Assembly (NCBI GenBank): GCA_045638265.1
Contig: JAZUBA010000044.1
Coordinates: forward strand, 146,862-210,861
Origin: Alphaproteobacteria bacterium
Lineage (GTDB): Bacteria > Pseudomonadota > Alphaproteobacteria > CAAHEQ01 > UBA3637
Reading direction: 5' to 3'
DNA length: 64,000 nt
In this document: piece after piece, positions 29,783 to 40,507 of the stretch
How the letters are laid out: every line of letters starts with the position of its first letter
How positions within the stretch are numbered: position 1 is the first letter of the stretch
Program-made: the position numbers and the translations under genes
Notes under the pieces: generated by a model
Seen by the model: only the letters and a program-made list of their open reading frames with translations
The model's database searches: none
What the model was told of the DNA's origin: nothing

Positions 29783-30616
29783 ATGAAAACAGGAATTATG
29801 GCCGGCAAAAAAGGCTTGATTATGGGTGTTGCAAATGACCATTCAATCGCATGGGGTATTGCAAAAGAAATGGCTGAACAAGGTGCTGAATTAGCTTTTA
29901 CATATCAAGGCGAAGCTTTGGAAAAACGTGTTCGTCCGTTAGCTGAATCAGTTGGTTCCGATATGTTGGTTCCTTGTGATGTTTTAAACGAAGAATCAAT
30001 GGACAATGCTTTTAATATGATTAAAGAAAAATGGGGTAAATTGGATTTCGTTGTTCATGCTATTGCTTTTTCTGATAAAAACGAATTAAAAGGTCGTTAT
30101 GTAGATACATCTGTCGGTAATTTTACAAATTCTATGTTGATTTCTTGTTATTCATTTACAGATGTTTGTCGTCGGGCATCTGCTTTAATGCCTGATGGTG
30201 GTGCTTGTTTGACATTGACATATTTAGGTGCTGAAAGATATTTACCGAACTACAATGTTATGGGTGTTGCTAAAGCAGCTTTGGAAGCTTCTGTTCACTT
30301 TATTGCTTTTGATTTAGGTCATCAAAATATTCGTGTGAATGCCATTTCAGCCGGTCCGATTCGGACATTAGCAGCTGCCGGTATTGGTGATTTCAGACAA
30401 ATTTTAGGTTGGACGGAAAATAATTCTGCCTTGTGTCGTAATGTTACTATTGAAGATGTTGGTAAGACAGGTATGTTCTTGTGTTCTGATTTGGCTTCGG
30501 GCATTACATCAGAAATTATTCACGTTGATGCCGGATATAACAAAAATGCAATGATTAATCCCAGAAATGCTAAAAAATCAGCAGAATTGCTATCAGCTTT
30601 TAAATTGTCTGACTAA
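29783..30616 (+). CDS. fabI: Enoyl-ACP reductase (NADH) FabI
   Basis: GLIMGVANDHSIAWGIAK and the YNVMGVAKAALEA catalytic Y/K region. Confidence 0.95.
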   Translation: MKTGIMAGKKGLIMGVANDHSIAWGIAKEMAEQGAELAFTYQGEALEKRVRPLAESVGSDMLVPCDVLNEESMDNAFNMIKEKWGKLDFVVHAIAFSDKNELKGRYVDTSVGNFTNSMLISCYSFTDVCRRASALMPDGGACLTLTYLGAERYLPNYNVMGVAKAALEASVHFIAFDLGHQNIRVNAISAGPIRTLAAAGIGDFRQILGWTENNSALCRNVTIEDVGKTGMFLCSDLASGITSEIIHVDAGYNKNAMINPRNAKKSAELLSAFKLSD

Positions 30617-30634
30617 TATTTAGCTTGTATGAAT

Positions 30635-30670
30635 AAAAACGCCAATCGTAATCGGTTGGCGTTTTTTTTG
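30635..30670. terminator. Bidirectional hairpin terminator between the convergent fabI and antiporter genes
   Basis: Stem AACGCCAA/TTGGCGTT flanked by A5 and T8 runs. Confidence 0.75.
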
Positions 30671-32431
30671 TCATTTACTGACAGGTAATTTAAAAAAATA
30701 GGTTTTAATTTTGGTATTTGGTGTAACGTCAATGCCGAGTTGTGTAATGTTTTTCTTATTGCGAGATCGAATGATTAAATCAATATTTCCAAGAGAAATT
30801 CTATCACCAATATCTGCTTCAGGAAAAGCATTTTTAATAAAATCATTTAATGTTAAGTCGGGTTCAGAAATATAAGAATCAATCCCATATAAAAATTGCA
30901 ATTCTTTGATAGTAGTTGAGGGAGAAATGGGAAAATCACCCCATATCTTTAATTTGTCTTGTGTGCATGAATTGGCATACAATCTATCCAGTAAAGGAAT
31001 TTTATTTTCGGATGGGGCAAAAACATAAATAATATCACCTTGCTGAAAAGTTGGAATATTATTGGATTGAAAAACGAGATTTTTACGTTTTAATAAAAGT
31101 GGTTGTGCCCATTTTGGTAATGATTGACCACACAATACGGCTGAATGTTCGCCTAATTCGTAACTGATAAGAGAACTACGCAAAAAATCAGGTAAATCTA
31201 TTTCTGTTTTTTGTGGTTCAGGACCGTTGTATGGAAGGAGAACCTGACATTTTTTTGCTACATACGGAATAAGTAAACCTTGAAGTGTCAGACTTAATAA
31301 AACCATAATAAAAATAATGTTGAAAAAAATCAAACCGAAGGGAAAGCCATATACAATAGGTATTAATGCCAATAAAACAGAGGTTGCTCCCCGCAATCCG
31401 ACAAATGAAATGAAGAATTTTTCAAGTAAGGTATATTTTTTAAAAAAAGCCAAGACACTAAAAACCATAATCGGTCGGGCAATAAAAATCAGGGCTGAAC
31501 CGCATAATAGGGCAATTGGTAAAACAGTTAGCAGTTGTTGGTAATGTACAAATATGCCTAAAACAGTAAACATTAAAATCTGGCTTAACCAAGCGATTGT
31601 TTTTTGAAATTTTGCAAGTGATGAATGTGCTTTAATTGTGCTGTTCCCTAAAAGTAGTCCACACAAATAAAGAGCCAGATATCCGCTTCCTCCAATTAAT
31701 GTGATTAAAGCAAAACCTAACATAACAACAGATAAGACAAATAACGGATACAGGGCTTGTTCTAATGATAATTTATAAATGGATTTTTTTAAAATATAAA
31801 ATAATAAAAAGCCGCATCCGACACCTATGAATAGTTGTTTTAAAAAATAAGATAAAAAATTTAAAGTAGTGTTTGAATGAGAAGGAATAATGCCGCTTAA
31901 TATTGTTATACATAGAAAAGTTAAAAAAATAGCCATCGGGTCATTAGAGCCTGATTCTATTTCCAAAGTTGCCTGAATTTTAGGTTTTAATTTTAATCCG
32001 TGTGAACGGAGTAAAAAAAAGACGGCAGCAGCATCAGTTGAACCGATGATTGATGCTAACAGAAGTGCTTCCGTAAAAGAAACAGGTAGAATAAACAAAA
32101 TAATCGGTACTAGAAACAGGACGGAAACAATAACACCGATTGTTGCTAAAATGAGAGATGGTACTGCATATTTTTTAAAATAATCTATTGGTGTTGAGAA
32201 ACCGCTTTCAAATAAAATTATAGCTAAAGCCACAGAACCAATAAAAAAAACATTTTGAGGTGTTAAAAATCCTGTAAACAATAAAACAGTTTGTTGAGAA
32301 CCGACAATAATTCCGATAATAATGAATAACAAAATAAGCGGAATACCGAAACGAATAGAAAAAAGGCTTGTTAAAATACTAGTCAGTAACAAGCCTGTAA
32401 AAAAAATAATCGGTAAACAAATAAATTCCAT
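30671..32431 (-). CDS. K+/H+ (CPA1, NhaP2/CvrA-type) antiporter with a C-terminal TrkA-C-like domain
   Basis: About 12 TM helices with a GSNDPMAIFL motif, followed by a soluble ~180-aa C-terminal domain. Confidence 0.85.
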   Translation of the reverse strand: MEFICLPIIFFTGLLLTSILTSLFSIRFGIPLILLFIIIGIIVGSQQTVLLFTGFLTPQNVFFIGSVALAIILFESGFSTPIDYFKKYAVPSLILATIGVIVSVLFLVPIILFILPVSFTEALLLASIIGSTDAAAVFFLLRSHGLKLKPKIQATLEIESGSNDPMAIFLTFLCITILSGIIPSHSNTTLNFLSYFLKQLFIGVGCGFLLFYILKKSIYKLSLEQALYPLFVLSVVMLGFALITLIGGSGYLALYLCGLLLGNSTIKAHSSLAKFQKTIAWLSQILMFTVLGIFVHYQQLLTVLPIALLCGSALIFIARPIMVFSVLAFFKKYTLLEKFFISFVGLRGATSVLLALIPIVYGFPFGLIFFNIIFIMVLLSLTLQGLLIPYVAKKCQVLLPYNGPEPQKTEIDLPDFLRSSLISYELGEHSAVLCGQSLPKWAQPLLLKRKNLVFQSNNIPTFQQGDIIYVFAPSENKIPLLDRLYANSCTQDKLKIWGDFPISPSTTIKELQFLYGIDSYISEPDLTLNDFIKNAFPEADIGDRISLGNIDLIIRSRNKKNITQLGIDVTPNTKIKTYFFKLPVSK

Positions 32432-32470
32432 TTTTTCTCCGCTTATCCTGTTTATAAGCGGAGATATGAT

Positions 32471-33529
32471 TTAAAGAAAACTGCCTTTTTTGTGACGTTT
32501 CTTTAAATCATTTAATTTATCGCTGACGATAGCCGTATCTTTCCCCGCTTTGGCAAGACGTTCATACATGCGTTCAATTTCTTTATTTAGATAGGCCATT
32601 TCGATATCTGTTCGCAACTGTTCTTTTTCATGGGGTAAACCGTTTTCATAAGCATCACGCATTTTGGATAAGATTGTTTTTGTCGGGCGAGATGGGTGTA
32701 ATTTACGCTGTTGAATAACATAGGGTAAAATATACAACAAATCTTCAATAATTTGGGTAACGGATAATTTGTTTTTAGGGTCTTTCACTCTTTTTGAATA
32801 ATAAGCATCTAACATATCAAAAGCAACACCTGCTTCAAAACTGTCATCAACAACAATAAAAGGAACACTATTTGAAAATCCTTTTTGTTGAATTTCTTTG
32901 AGATATTCAAGTAGATGATAGAAAAATCCGTCTACATTGAATAAAACAAAGGGCTTTAAATCTAAAAATCCGTCTTGCATGGCAACACAATCATAAACCA
33001 ATTCATCTAATGTACCGACACCGCCAGGGGCAAAGATAACAAAATCAGCACCGAGTAATTGTTGTTTTCTTTCTTCTAATGTATGAGCTACGATAATTTC
33101 GGATACACTATCAATAAGATCATCATTTTGATATAAAGCAAGATATTCTTTTGTGGTAATAGCGTGAATGGGTGTTTTGCAGGGTTTTTCTTGCTCATGC
33201 CATGATTGTAATACTCCTTTGGCAACAGCCCCCATAATACCCATAGAGGACAAACCGAAATCTAACCGAAAATTCTTTTTGCCGATTTCACGACCCAGTT
33301 CAAATGCCTGTTCTTCATAAATCGGGTCATTTCCCGAACGAGAACCACCGGCAACAAAGACACGTGTTTCACCTTTTTCATTTTGTTTGATAAATTCTTC
33401 AACAGCTGTTTTATATTCTGATGAGTCGTTTTTTTGCATATCTTTTTTTGTTTTGGAAAGCAACGCTGAACCTCTGGTAACTGACAGTTGATTCGCAGCT
33501 GAAACATTTGTATTCTTTTTATTTTTCAT
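32471..33529 (-). CDS. LOG/TIGR00730-family nucleotide 5'-monophosphate nucleosidase-like protein with N- and C-terminal extensions
   Basis: VFVAGGSRSG and PGGVGTLDEL motifs typical of LOG (lysine-decarboxylase-like) proteins. About 100 extra C-terminal residues. Confidence 0.8.
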   Translation of the reverse strand: MKNKKNTNVSAANQLSVTRGSALLSKTKKDMQKNDSSEYKTAVEEFIKQNEKGETRVFVAGGSRSGNDPIYEEQAFELGREIGKKNFRLDFGLSSMGIMGAVAKGVLQSWHEQEKPCKTPIHAITTKEYLALYQNDDLIDSVSEIIVAHTLEERKQQLLGADFVIFAPGGVGTLDELVYDCVAMQDGFLDLKPFVLFNVDGFFYHLLEYLKEIQQKGFSNSVPFIVVDDSFEAGVAFDMLDAYYSKRVKDPKNKLSVTQIIEDLLYILPYVIQQRKLHPSRPTKTILSKMRDAYENGLPHEKEQLRTDIEMAYLNKEIERMYERLAKAGKDTAIVSDKLNDLKKRHKKGSFL

Positions 33530-33640
33530 TGGTTCCTCATATAAAAAATTAACAAATTTATGAAAATAATTATAGACTTTTTTAAAAGAAAATGCTACAT
33601 ATTTTTCATTATTGATTCGTTTTTTTTGAGGAGAAATATA

Positions 33641-34816
33641 ATGAGTTCTGAAAAATTAGGTAAAGAAAAAAAGAAAAATAAAAACAAAATAATAGTATCA
33701 TGTATTGCCGGATTACTTCTTTGTGGAAGTGCTTGGTATGGTTATAAATATTTTCAAAAACCAGCCGTTATGCCAACAGCTATTCAAAACGTATCAGTTT
33801 ATAAAATTGAAATGCAGAATGTTTATCCTGAAACAAGTTTTGTTGCCAAAATTGAATCAAAAGATAAAGTGGGTTTGCGGGCACGTGTACAAGGTTTCTT
33901 GATGAAGCAATTGTTTAAAGAAGGCGATATGGTTCAAGAAAATCAACCGTTGTTCATTATAGAACCGGTTAATTTTGAAGCAACTGTTCGTGAAGCAGAA
34001 GCTAATGTTGCTAAAGCAGAAGCACAAGTTAAAAACTCAAAAGCACAATTTGAAAGAACTCAAAAATTGTTTAAGACAAAAGATGTTTCTGAATCAAAAT
34101 TAGATGAAATGGAAGCAGCTCATCGTTCTGCCGAAGCCGCTTTGGCACAGGCTAAGGCAAAATTGGATATTGCCAAAAAAGATTTAGAATATACAACAAT
34201 TGTTGCACCAATGGATGGTAAAATTGGTGAATCAACATATTCAGTTGGTGAATTAATCGGCCCGTCATCCGGTATTTTGGCATGGGTTGTTCGGATTAAT
34301 CCGATTGATGCTGTTTTTTCAGTAAGTGAAAATCAGTTATTAAGTTTGCAAAAAAATTATGCCAATACACCTAAAATTAAAGTTACTTTTGTTAAATCTG
34401 ACGGTACGGTATATGCTCAACAGGGAACAATAGATTTTGTTGATGTCACGATTGATGAAACAATGAATACGTTAAAAATAAAAGCTTCATTCCCAAATGA
34501 AAAGGGTGAATTGATTTCTGGTCAATATGGTCGTGTGATTCTGAAAAGTTTAGATCCGTTATCAGAAATTGTTGTCCCTCAAAAAGCTGTTCAACAAGAT
34601 ATGACTGGAACGTATGTTTATGTTGTATCCGATGATGATAAGATTGCACGACGTGAAGTTGTTCGTGGTGAAGAATTGCCTGATTTTAAAGTTGTTATTA
34701 CACAAGGTTTACAAGCCGGTGATGTTCTTGTAACAGAAGGTTTCCAAAAAATTGCTCCGCAAATGACGGTCAAACCTGTATTTAACGATGAAACAAATAC
34801 AACACAGTCAAAATAA
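33641..34816 (+). CDS. RND efflux periplasmic adaptor (membrane fusion protein), trimmed to the ATG at 33641
   Basis: GAGGAG Shine-Dalgarno 7 nt upstream. TM anchor, alpha-hairpin (AEANVAKAEAQVKNSKAQFERT... AKAKLDIAKKDLEYT), and the IVAPMDGKIG lipoyl motif. Confidence 0.92.
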   Translation: MSSEKLGKEKKKNKNKIIVSCIAGLLLCGSAWYGYKYFQKPAVMPTAIQNVSVYKIEMQNVYPETSFVAKIESKDKVGLRARVQGFLMKQLFKEGDMVQENQPLFIIEPVNFEATVREAEANVAKAEAQVKNSKAQFERTQKLFKTKDVSESKLDEMEAAHRSAEAALAQAKAKLDIAKKDLEYTTIVAPMDGKIGESTYSVGELIGPSSGILAWVVRINPIDAVFSVSENQLLSLQKNYANTPKIKVTFVKSDGTVYAQQGTIDFVDVTIDETMNTLKIKASFPNEKGELISGQYGRVILKSLDPLSEIVVPQKAVQQDMTGTYVYVVSDDDKIARREVVRGEELPDFKVVITQGLQAGDVLVTEGFQKIAPQMTVKPVFNDETNTTQSK

Positions 34817-34837
34817 GCTGAATAGGAGAAGTTTTTT

Positions 34838-37800
34838 ATGTTTTCAGATATTTTTATTAAACGTCCTCGGTTAGCTGCCGTTATTTCGGTTGTTATTGTT
34901 TTGGCTGGCGCATTGTGTATTTTTGCTATGCCGATTGAACAATATCCGAATATTGTTCCTCCCTCTGTCAGTGTTTCTGCAGTTTATCCGGGAGCAAGTG
35001 CTGATGTTGTGGAATCATCCGTTGCACAACAGATTGAATCAGCTGTTAACGGTGTGGAAGATATGTTGTATATGAGTTCCAACAGTAATGACGATGGTTC
35101 TTATAATTTAACAATTACGTTTAATATTGGCACAGACCCGAATATCGCAACGGTTAACGTTCAAAACAAGTTGAAATTGGTTGAAAGTTTATTGCCTGCA
35201 GAAGTGATTAAACAAGGTGTTGTTGTTCAATCTAAAATGTCATCTATGTTGCAGGTGTTCACGGTATCATCAACCAATCCGGATTATGATGATATTTTCT
35301 TAACAAACTATGTGTTAATTAACATTAAAGATGAAATTGCCCGTACACAAGGCGTTGGTGATGTGCATGTTTTCTCAACATTGGATTATTCAATGCGAGT
35401 ATGGTTGAATAATGATAAACTCAAAAGTTTAAAATTATCCACCAATGATGTTTTAAATGCCATTCAGGGACAAAATTTGCAAGGCTCTATCGGACGTATC
35501 GGTGTTATGCCGTCAACTGAAGACCAACAATTTCAAATTTCTTTGACAACAAAAGGTCGTTTGACAACAGTAGAAGAATTTGGTGATATTGTTATTCGTG
35601 CCAATGCGGATGGTTCTTATTTGTTCTTAAAAGATATTGCCCGCATTGAGTTAGGGGCAAAAGATGAATCTATTCGTGCAGCATATAATGGTGTTCCGGC
35701 AGTGGGTTTTGCTATTTTCCAAGCCCCTGGTTCTAATGCTGTAGCGGTGGCAACAGCTGTGAATGCTAAAATCAATGAGTTAAAAGCAAAAATGCCGAAA
35801 GATATTGAGTTTCATGCGTTATTTGATAATGCTGAATTTGTTTTGGATTCTACATCTGAAATTTTTCATACTATCTTTGAAGCCTTTTTGTTGATTGTTT
35901 TAGTTACATATTTATTTTTGGGAACTTTCCGTGCAACAATTATTCCGACAATAGCCATTCCGGTCTCATTAATCGGGGCTTTTATCGGTATGAGTTTGTT
36001 TGGTGTCAGTGCTAACACAATTTCATTGTTGGCATTGGTGTTGGCAATCGGTATTGTGGTTGATGATGCCATTGTTGTTGTGGAAGATGTGGAAACAGTT
36101 ATGCATGAGAATCCAAAATTATCTCCGCACGAAGCTGTTTCTAAATCAATGGGACGTATTACAGCACCGATTATTGCCATTACAATGGTCTTGTTAGCTG
36201 TGTTTGTTCCTGTTGCTTTTACTCCCGGTATTTCAGGATTGTTATATCAACAATTTGCTATTGCCATTGCATCGGCTATGATTATTTCAGGGATAAACTC
36301 ATTAACACTCAGCCCTGCATTGGCTGCCATTGTGATGCGTTCAAATGATAAACCGTTTAAATTGGTTCAAAAATGTATGAATGGTATTGATTGGTTACGT
36401 CATAAATATTCGGGTTTTGTTCGTAAAACAATGCCGTACGCCGTATTTTCTGTTGTGGCAATGGTATTGTTCGGTATTGGTGGGTATGTGTTTATGAAAA
36501 TAACTCCGTCCGGATTCTTGCCGGCTGAAGACCAAGGTGCTTTTATGATGGAAGTTCAATTACCATCCGGTGCTTCTTGGAACAGAACGGATGTTGTTAT
36601 GAAACAAGTTACCGAACGCTTTAAACAAATTCCTGAAATTGATTCTCATATGGCTATTATTGGTTATGGTATTATGAGTGGTTCACAATCTTCTTCAAAA
36701 GGATCATTTGTTGTTAAATTGAAACCGTATGCCGAACGGACCGAAAAAGGACAAGACGTGAATGCTGTTATCGGAAAAGTATATATGTTGACGGCAGACA
36801 TTAAAGAAGCACGTGTTTTTGCCTTTAACCTACCGGCTATTATGGGTTTAAGTATGAGTTCAGATGTTGAATATGTGTTGCAAAGTACTCAAGGGGCTTC
36901 TCCGGAAGAAATGATACAAGTTGCATCACAAATTATTCAAGAAGCTCAAAAAGATCCTCGCTTGCAACGCATTATGACTTTCTATACGGTAGATTCACCG
37001 AAAGTTGATGTTCAAATTGATCGTCAAAAAGCTTATGCTTTGGGCGTTCAGCTCTCTGATATATTCAGTACAATGCAAACAATGTTAGGCGGAACGTATA
37101 TTAATGATTTCAACTTATACGGTCGGACATGGCAGGTAAATGTTCAGGGTGATGTTTTGGAACGCAGAACATTGGAAGATATTTATAAAATTAATATCCG
37201 TAATAATAAAGGCGAAATGGTACCATTACGTTCACTGATTACAATTAAACGGACGATTGGTGCTCAATCCATTCAACGCTATAACAACTATCGGTCAATC
37301 AGTATGCAGGCTTCACCGGCAGTCGGATTAAGTTCGGGTTCTGCTATGCAGGCAATGATGGAGATTTCTGAACGGGTTTTACCGGAAGGTTATCAATATC
37401 AATGGACGGGTATGACATTGCAAGAACAATCGGCAGGTGACCAAACGGCTATGATTTTTGCGATGGCATTCTTGTTTGCGTATTTATTCTTGGTTGCTTT
37501 ATACGAAAGTTGGGTATTGCCTGTTTCCGTTATGGTTTCCATTATTGTCGGTTTATTCGGTGCGATTGGATTCTTATGGTTTAGAAATATTACCAACGAC
37601 TTGTATGCACAGGCTGGTATTGTTGTGTTGATTGCGTTGGCAGCCAAAAACGCCATTTTACTTGTTGAATTTGCTAAAGACGAACACGAAAAAGGTGTTC
37701 CTGTTAAAGAGGCAGCCATTAATGGTGCTCATATGCGATTCCGTGCTATTATGATGACAGCTATTGCAGCTTTATTAGGCTTTATTCCGCTTGTTTTTGC

Positions 37801-38002
37801 TAATGGGGCGGGGGCAATGGCTCGTCGGGCAATTGGTTCTTCTATTTTTGGCGGATTGTTTGTTTCCTCGTTTATTGGTATTTTCTTTATTCCGGCATTA
37901 TACGTTGTTTTCCAAATTATTGTAGAACGTAAATGGAAAAAGAATAAGTCTGAAAAATTATGGGAACGTAAAAAGAAGAAACATAAAAAGCATCCTGCTT
38001 AA
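34838..38002 (+). CDS. RND efflux permease (AcrB/HAE1 family)
   Basis: [20 protein letters not shown] start, 12-TM RND architecture and the [10 protein letters not shown] motif; 1054 aa. Confidence 0.96.
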   Translation: MFSDIFIKRPRLAAVISVVIVLAGALCIFAMPIEQYPNIVPPSVSVSAVYPGASADVVESSVAQQIESAVNGVEDMLYMSSNSNDDGSYNLTITFNIGTDPNIATVNVQNKLKLVESLLPAEVIKQGVVVQSKMSSMLQVFTVSSTNPDYDDIFLTNYVLINIKDEIARTQGVGDVHVFSTLDYSMRVWLNNDKLKSLKLSTNDVLNAIQGQNLQGSIGRIGVMPSTEDQQFQISLTTKGRLTTVEEFGDIVIRANADGSYLFLKDIARIELGAKDESIRAAYNGVPAVGFAIFQAPGSNAVAVATAVNAKINELKAKMPKDIEFHALFDNAEFVLDSTSEIFHTIFEAFLLIVLVTYLFLGTFRATIIPTIAIPVSLIGAFIGMSLFGVSANTISLLALVLAIGIVVDDAIVVVEDVETVMHENPKLSPHEAVSKSMGRITAPIIAITMVLLAVFVPVAFTPGISGLLYQQFAIAIASAMIISGINSLTLSPALAAIVMRSNDKPFKLVQKCMNGIDWLRHKYSGFVRKTMPYAVFSVVAMVLFGIGGYVFMKITPSGFLPAEDQGAFMMEVQLPSGASWNRTDVVMKQVTERFKQIPEIDSHMAIIGYGIMSGSQSSSKGSFVVKLKPYAERTEKGQDVNAVIGKVYMLTADIKEARVFAFNLPAIMGLSMSSDVEYVLQSTQGASPEEMIQVASQIIQEAQKDPRLQRIMTFYTVDSPKVDVQIDRQKAYALGVQLSDIFSTMQTMLGGTYINDFNLYGRTWQVNVQGDVLERRTLEDIYKINIRNNKGEMVPLRSLITIKRTIGAQSIQRYNNYRSISMQASPAVGLSSGSAMQAMMEISERVLPEGYQYQWTGMTLQEQSAGDQTAMIFAMAFLFAYLFLVALYESWVLPVSVMVSIIVGLFGAIGFLWFRNITNDLYAQAGIVVLIALAAKNAILLVEFAKDEHEKGVPVKEAAINGAHMRFRAIMMTAIAALLGFIPLVFANGAGAMARRAIGSSIFGGLFVSSFIGIFFIPALYVVFQIIVERKWKKNKSEKLWERKKKKHKKHPA

Positions 38003-38011
38003 TTAAATAAA

Positions 38012-38050
38012 AACAGTGTCTTTTTAAATAATGAAGACACTGTTTTTTTA
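38012..38050 (+). terminator. Rho-independent terminator of the RND operon
   Basis: 11-bp stem AACAGTGTCTT/AAGACACTGTT followed by a T-run. Confidence 0.85.
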
Positions 38051-38066
38051 TTTTATTTTCAATATT

Positions 38067-38105
38067 AAAAAAAAGAAAACGAATCCAGTTAGATTCGTTT
38101 TTTTT
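38067..38105 (-). terminator. Terminator of the small OMP gene (hairpin flanked by A8 and T8)
   Basis: Stem AAACGAATC/GATTCGTTT with the U-run on the minus strand. Confidence 0.75.
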
Positions 38106-38119
38106 AATTAAATTCATTC

Positions 38120-38659
38120 TTAAAAAGAATAACGTGCTTTCAGCATTAAAATATTACTGTGGAATTTTGACGGTGAATCCCATTTGCCTCCGACTTCATT
38201 AACTTTTAAATAACGATATTCGGCGCTAAGTGTAATTGGTAATGTCGGAATGCTGAAGTCAAGTCCGGCCATTCCTTGAAATGCAGATGAATTGTTGTGG
38301 TCAAAGCGAGACATCCCGATACCGGCACCGACATAAGGATCAACAACCGGAATAAACGGAATGGTAGCATATCCATTTAAAAAAGCACCGTCAAATTTTG
38401 CTTTTTCACCATGCTTTGCATCTGCGCTAATGTGCAAATATTCTGCTTCTACGCGTGGTGAAATAAAAGGAACGGGAAATTCATATCCGACTGCGCCGGA
38501 ATAAATCGGAGAGTTTTTATAACTTGTTTCCAGAGCTTCTCGTGTGACAGAACCGTCATTAAATGAAGCACCAATGCCAAGTTGACCATACAAACCAGCA
38601 AATGCTGTTGAAGAAATAAGTATACAACCAAGTGTAGTAAGCAACAAAATTTTATTCAT
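38120..38659 (-). CDS. Small outer-membrane beta-barrel protein (OMP_b-brl/Omp25-like)
   Basis: Signal peptide MNKILLLTTLGCILISSTAFA, alternating beta-strand pattern, and a C-terminal ...KARYSF beta-signal. Confidence 0.85.
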   Translation of the reverse strand: MNKILLLTTLGCILISSTAFAGLYGQLGIGASFNDGSVTREALETSYKNSPIYSGAVGYEFPVPFISPRVEAEYLHISADAKHGEKAKFDGAFLNGYATIPFIPVVDPYVGAGIGMSRFDHNNSSAFQGMAGLDFSIPTLPITLSAEYRYLKVNEVGGKWDSPSKFHSNILMLKARYSF

Positions 38660-38764
38660 AACATATCCTTTCTGTTATTTTTTTTACATTTGAAAGCATA
38701 CAATGTAATAATTAATAAATTCTTTACAAAATTGAATCATTTTTATTGCGTTTTAAAAAGAAGT

Positions 38765-38792
38765 TTGTTATACTGTCAATATTCGTTATAAT
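38765..38792 (+). promoter_or_regulatory. Sigma70-like promoter for the DUF1013-gapR unit
   Basis: TTGTTA (38765-38770)-N16-TATAAT (38787-38792). Confidence 0.4.
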
Positions 38793-38815
38793 TTTTTTTT
38801 AAGAAAGGATAAAAT

Positions 38816-39340
38816 ATGGCACTTCCATTAATGCCGAAAGCAACGGCAGTCTGGTTAGTAGAAAATACAACTTTAACATTTAATCAAATCGCAGATTTCT
38901 GCGGCATGCATACTTTGGAAATTCAAGCAATAGCCGATGGTGATGTTGCTTCAAATATTATGGGTTTTAATCCGATTACAAACGGGCAGTTAACCGCTGA
39001 AGAAATTAAACGTTGTGAATCGAATCCTAAAGCATCATTGGAATTATTGACGAATCCTGAAATTGAACGTTTATTAAATAAAGGCTCTCGTTATGTTTCT
39101 AATGCAAAACGTAATGACCGTCCGTCAGGTATTGCTTGGATTGTGAAACATCATCCGGAAATTTCAGATACACAAATTGTTAAATTATTACGTACAACAA
39201 AAACAACAATTACGGCAATTCGTGAAAGAACACATAAAAACATTCATAACATTCATCCGAAAAATCCGGTTACATTGGGTTTGTGTTCTGAATCTGATTT
39301 GAATAAAGCTATTGCCGTTTCTGTTAAACATACAATGTAA
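38816..39340 (+). CDS. DUF1013-family conserved alphaproteobacterial protein
   Basis: MALPLMPKATAVWLVENTTLTFNQIADFCGMH... is the characteristic N-terminus of this alpha-specific family (from memory). Confidence 0.8.
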   Translation: MALPLMPKATAVWLVENTTLTFNQIADFCGMHTLEIQAIADGDVASNIMGFNPITNGQLTAEEIKRCESNPKASLELLTNPEIERLLNKGSRYVSNAKRNDRPSGIAWIVKHHPEISDTQIVKLLRTTKTTITAIRERTHKNIHNIHPKNPVTLGLCSESDLNKAIAVSVKHTM

Positions 39341-39350
39341 GGAGTAATGT

Positions 39351-39614
39351 ATGTCAGACGATATTATTCAAGAAGAAAAAGATGCTGACGGAGGTAAACT
39401 CGTTGCATATATTGAACGCATTGAACGCCTTGAAGAAGAACGGAAAGAATTAGGGGCTGATGTGCGTGAAATTTTTGCCGAAGCAAAGGGAAACGGCTTT
39501 GATACAAAAGTCATGCGGCAAATTTTAAGGTTGCGTAAAATGACACCTGCTGATCGGGCAGAAGCAGAGTTTTTACGTGACAGATATAAAAAATTATTAG
39601 GAATTGAAGAATAA
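39351..39614 (+). CDS. gapR: GapR/DUF2312 nucleoid-associated protein
   Basis: YIERIERLEEERKELGADVREIFAEAKGNGFDTKVMRQILRLRK matches the conserved GapR core; 87 aa. Confidence 0.88.
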   Translation: MSDDIIQEEKDADGGKLVAYIERIERLEEERKELGADVREIFAEAKGNGFDTKVMRQILRLRKMTPADRAEAEFLRDRYKKLLGIEE

Positions 39615-39677
39615 TACTTGATTTTTAATAATTTGGAGTATAAACTAAAAACGATAACATACTATGGAGGATAACAC

Positions 39678-40376
39678 ATGAAAAAAACATCCGTTTCTTT
39701 ATTGGCTTTGGCCGTTGTTTGTGGTACAGCCGTCTTACCGATGATTGCTGAGGCTGCTGAACAAGTTGTTTCAAGAACAGAAACGACTTATACGTCACAA
39801 AATGAACGTATTATGGACGGTTACACACCGCTTGATGAAATTGACAATTCAGTTAAAACATCAACTAAAACATATAAGATTCCTGTTCAACAACCAGAAC
39901 CACAAGTACAACCGGCTGCACAAGTAGCTCCGACACATGTACAAGGTCAACCAATTGTTATTCAACAACCGACAGGTAATTTGCCGGCAGAAATTATGGC
40001 ACAAGGTCAAATCCCAAATAATGTTTGTTCCGCAAGTGCTAATTGTCCGGCAGCAGTAACAAGTGTTTCTTACACACAATCTCCTGTAAAAGTTCAATAT
40101 CCTGTTGTTCGTCAATATCCGGTTTCAGTAGAACACGCTGTTACAGTTAATCGTGATGTAACGGTTCGTCAACCGGTTGTTGTTCAACAACCTGTTGTTT
40201 TACAAAAACCAGTTGTGGTTCATCAACCTGTTATGGTTGAACGTGCTCCGGCTTATGTTCAACAAAAACCGGTTGTTATGCAACAACAAGCTTCTTATGT
40301 ACAAGGTCAACCAGTTGTTGTTCAAGCTCCGGCAGGACAAGTTTTACCGCCTTGCACATCAGGAAATTGTCAATAA
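39678..40376 (+). CDS. Secreted Pro/Val/Gln-rich repeat protein
   Basis: Signal peptide ...LPMIAEAAEQ, then degenerate QPVVVQQPVVLQKPVVVHQPVMV-type repeats. Two Cys pairs (CSASANC and CTSGNC). Confidence 0.7.
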   Translation: MKKTSVSLLALAVVCGTAVLPMIAEAAEQVVSRTETTYTSQNERIMDGYTPLDEIDNSVKTSTKTYKIPVQQPEPQVQPAAQVAPTHVQGQPIVIQQPTGNLPAEIMAQGQIPNNVCSASANCPAAVTSVSYTQSPVKVQYPVVRQYPVSVEHAVTVNRDVTVRQPVVVQQPVVLQKPVVVHQPVMVERAPAYVQQKPVVMQQQASYVQGQPVVVQAPAGQVLPPCTSGNCQ

Positions 40377-40419
40377 GACACATTTTTTGCTTGCAAAGTA
40401 AAAAATAGTTTGATAAAAT

Positions 40420-40451
40420 AAGCTATCCCAAGTGTGGGGTAGCTTTTTTTA
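40420..40451 (+). terminator. Rho-independent terminator
   Basis: About 11-bp stem AAGCTATCCCA/TGGGGTAGCTT followed by T7. Confidence 0.75.
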
Positions 40452-40507
40452 TTTTAAAGTCAAAAACAGACTTGTTTATTAATTATCATTTTTTATTTTG
40501 AGGCTTA

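Noticed and set aside
38660-38815. CtrA (TTAA-N7-TTAA) or DnaA boxes in intergenic regions near the cell-cycle genes
   Set aside because: I saw only half-site-like matches (e.g. TTAATAAATTCTTTA). In DNA this AT-rich such matches are expected by chance, so none is called.
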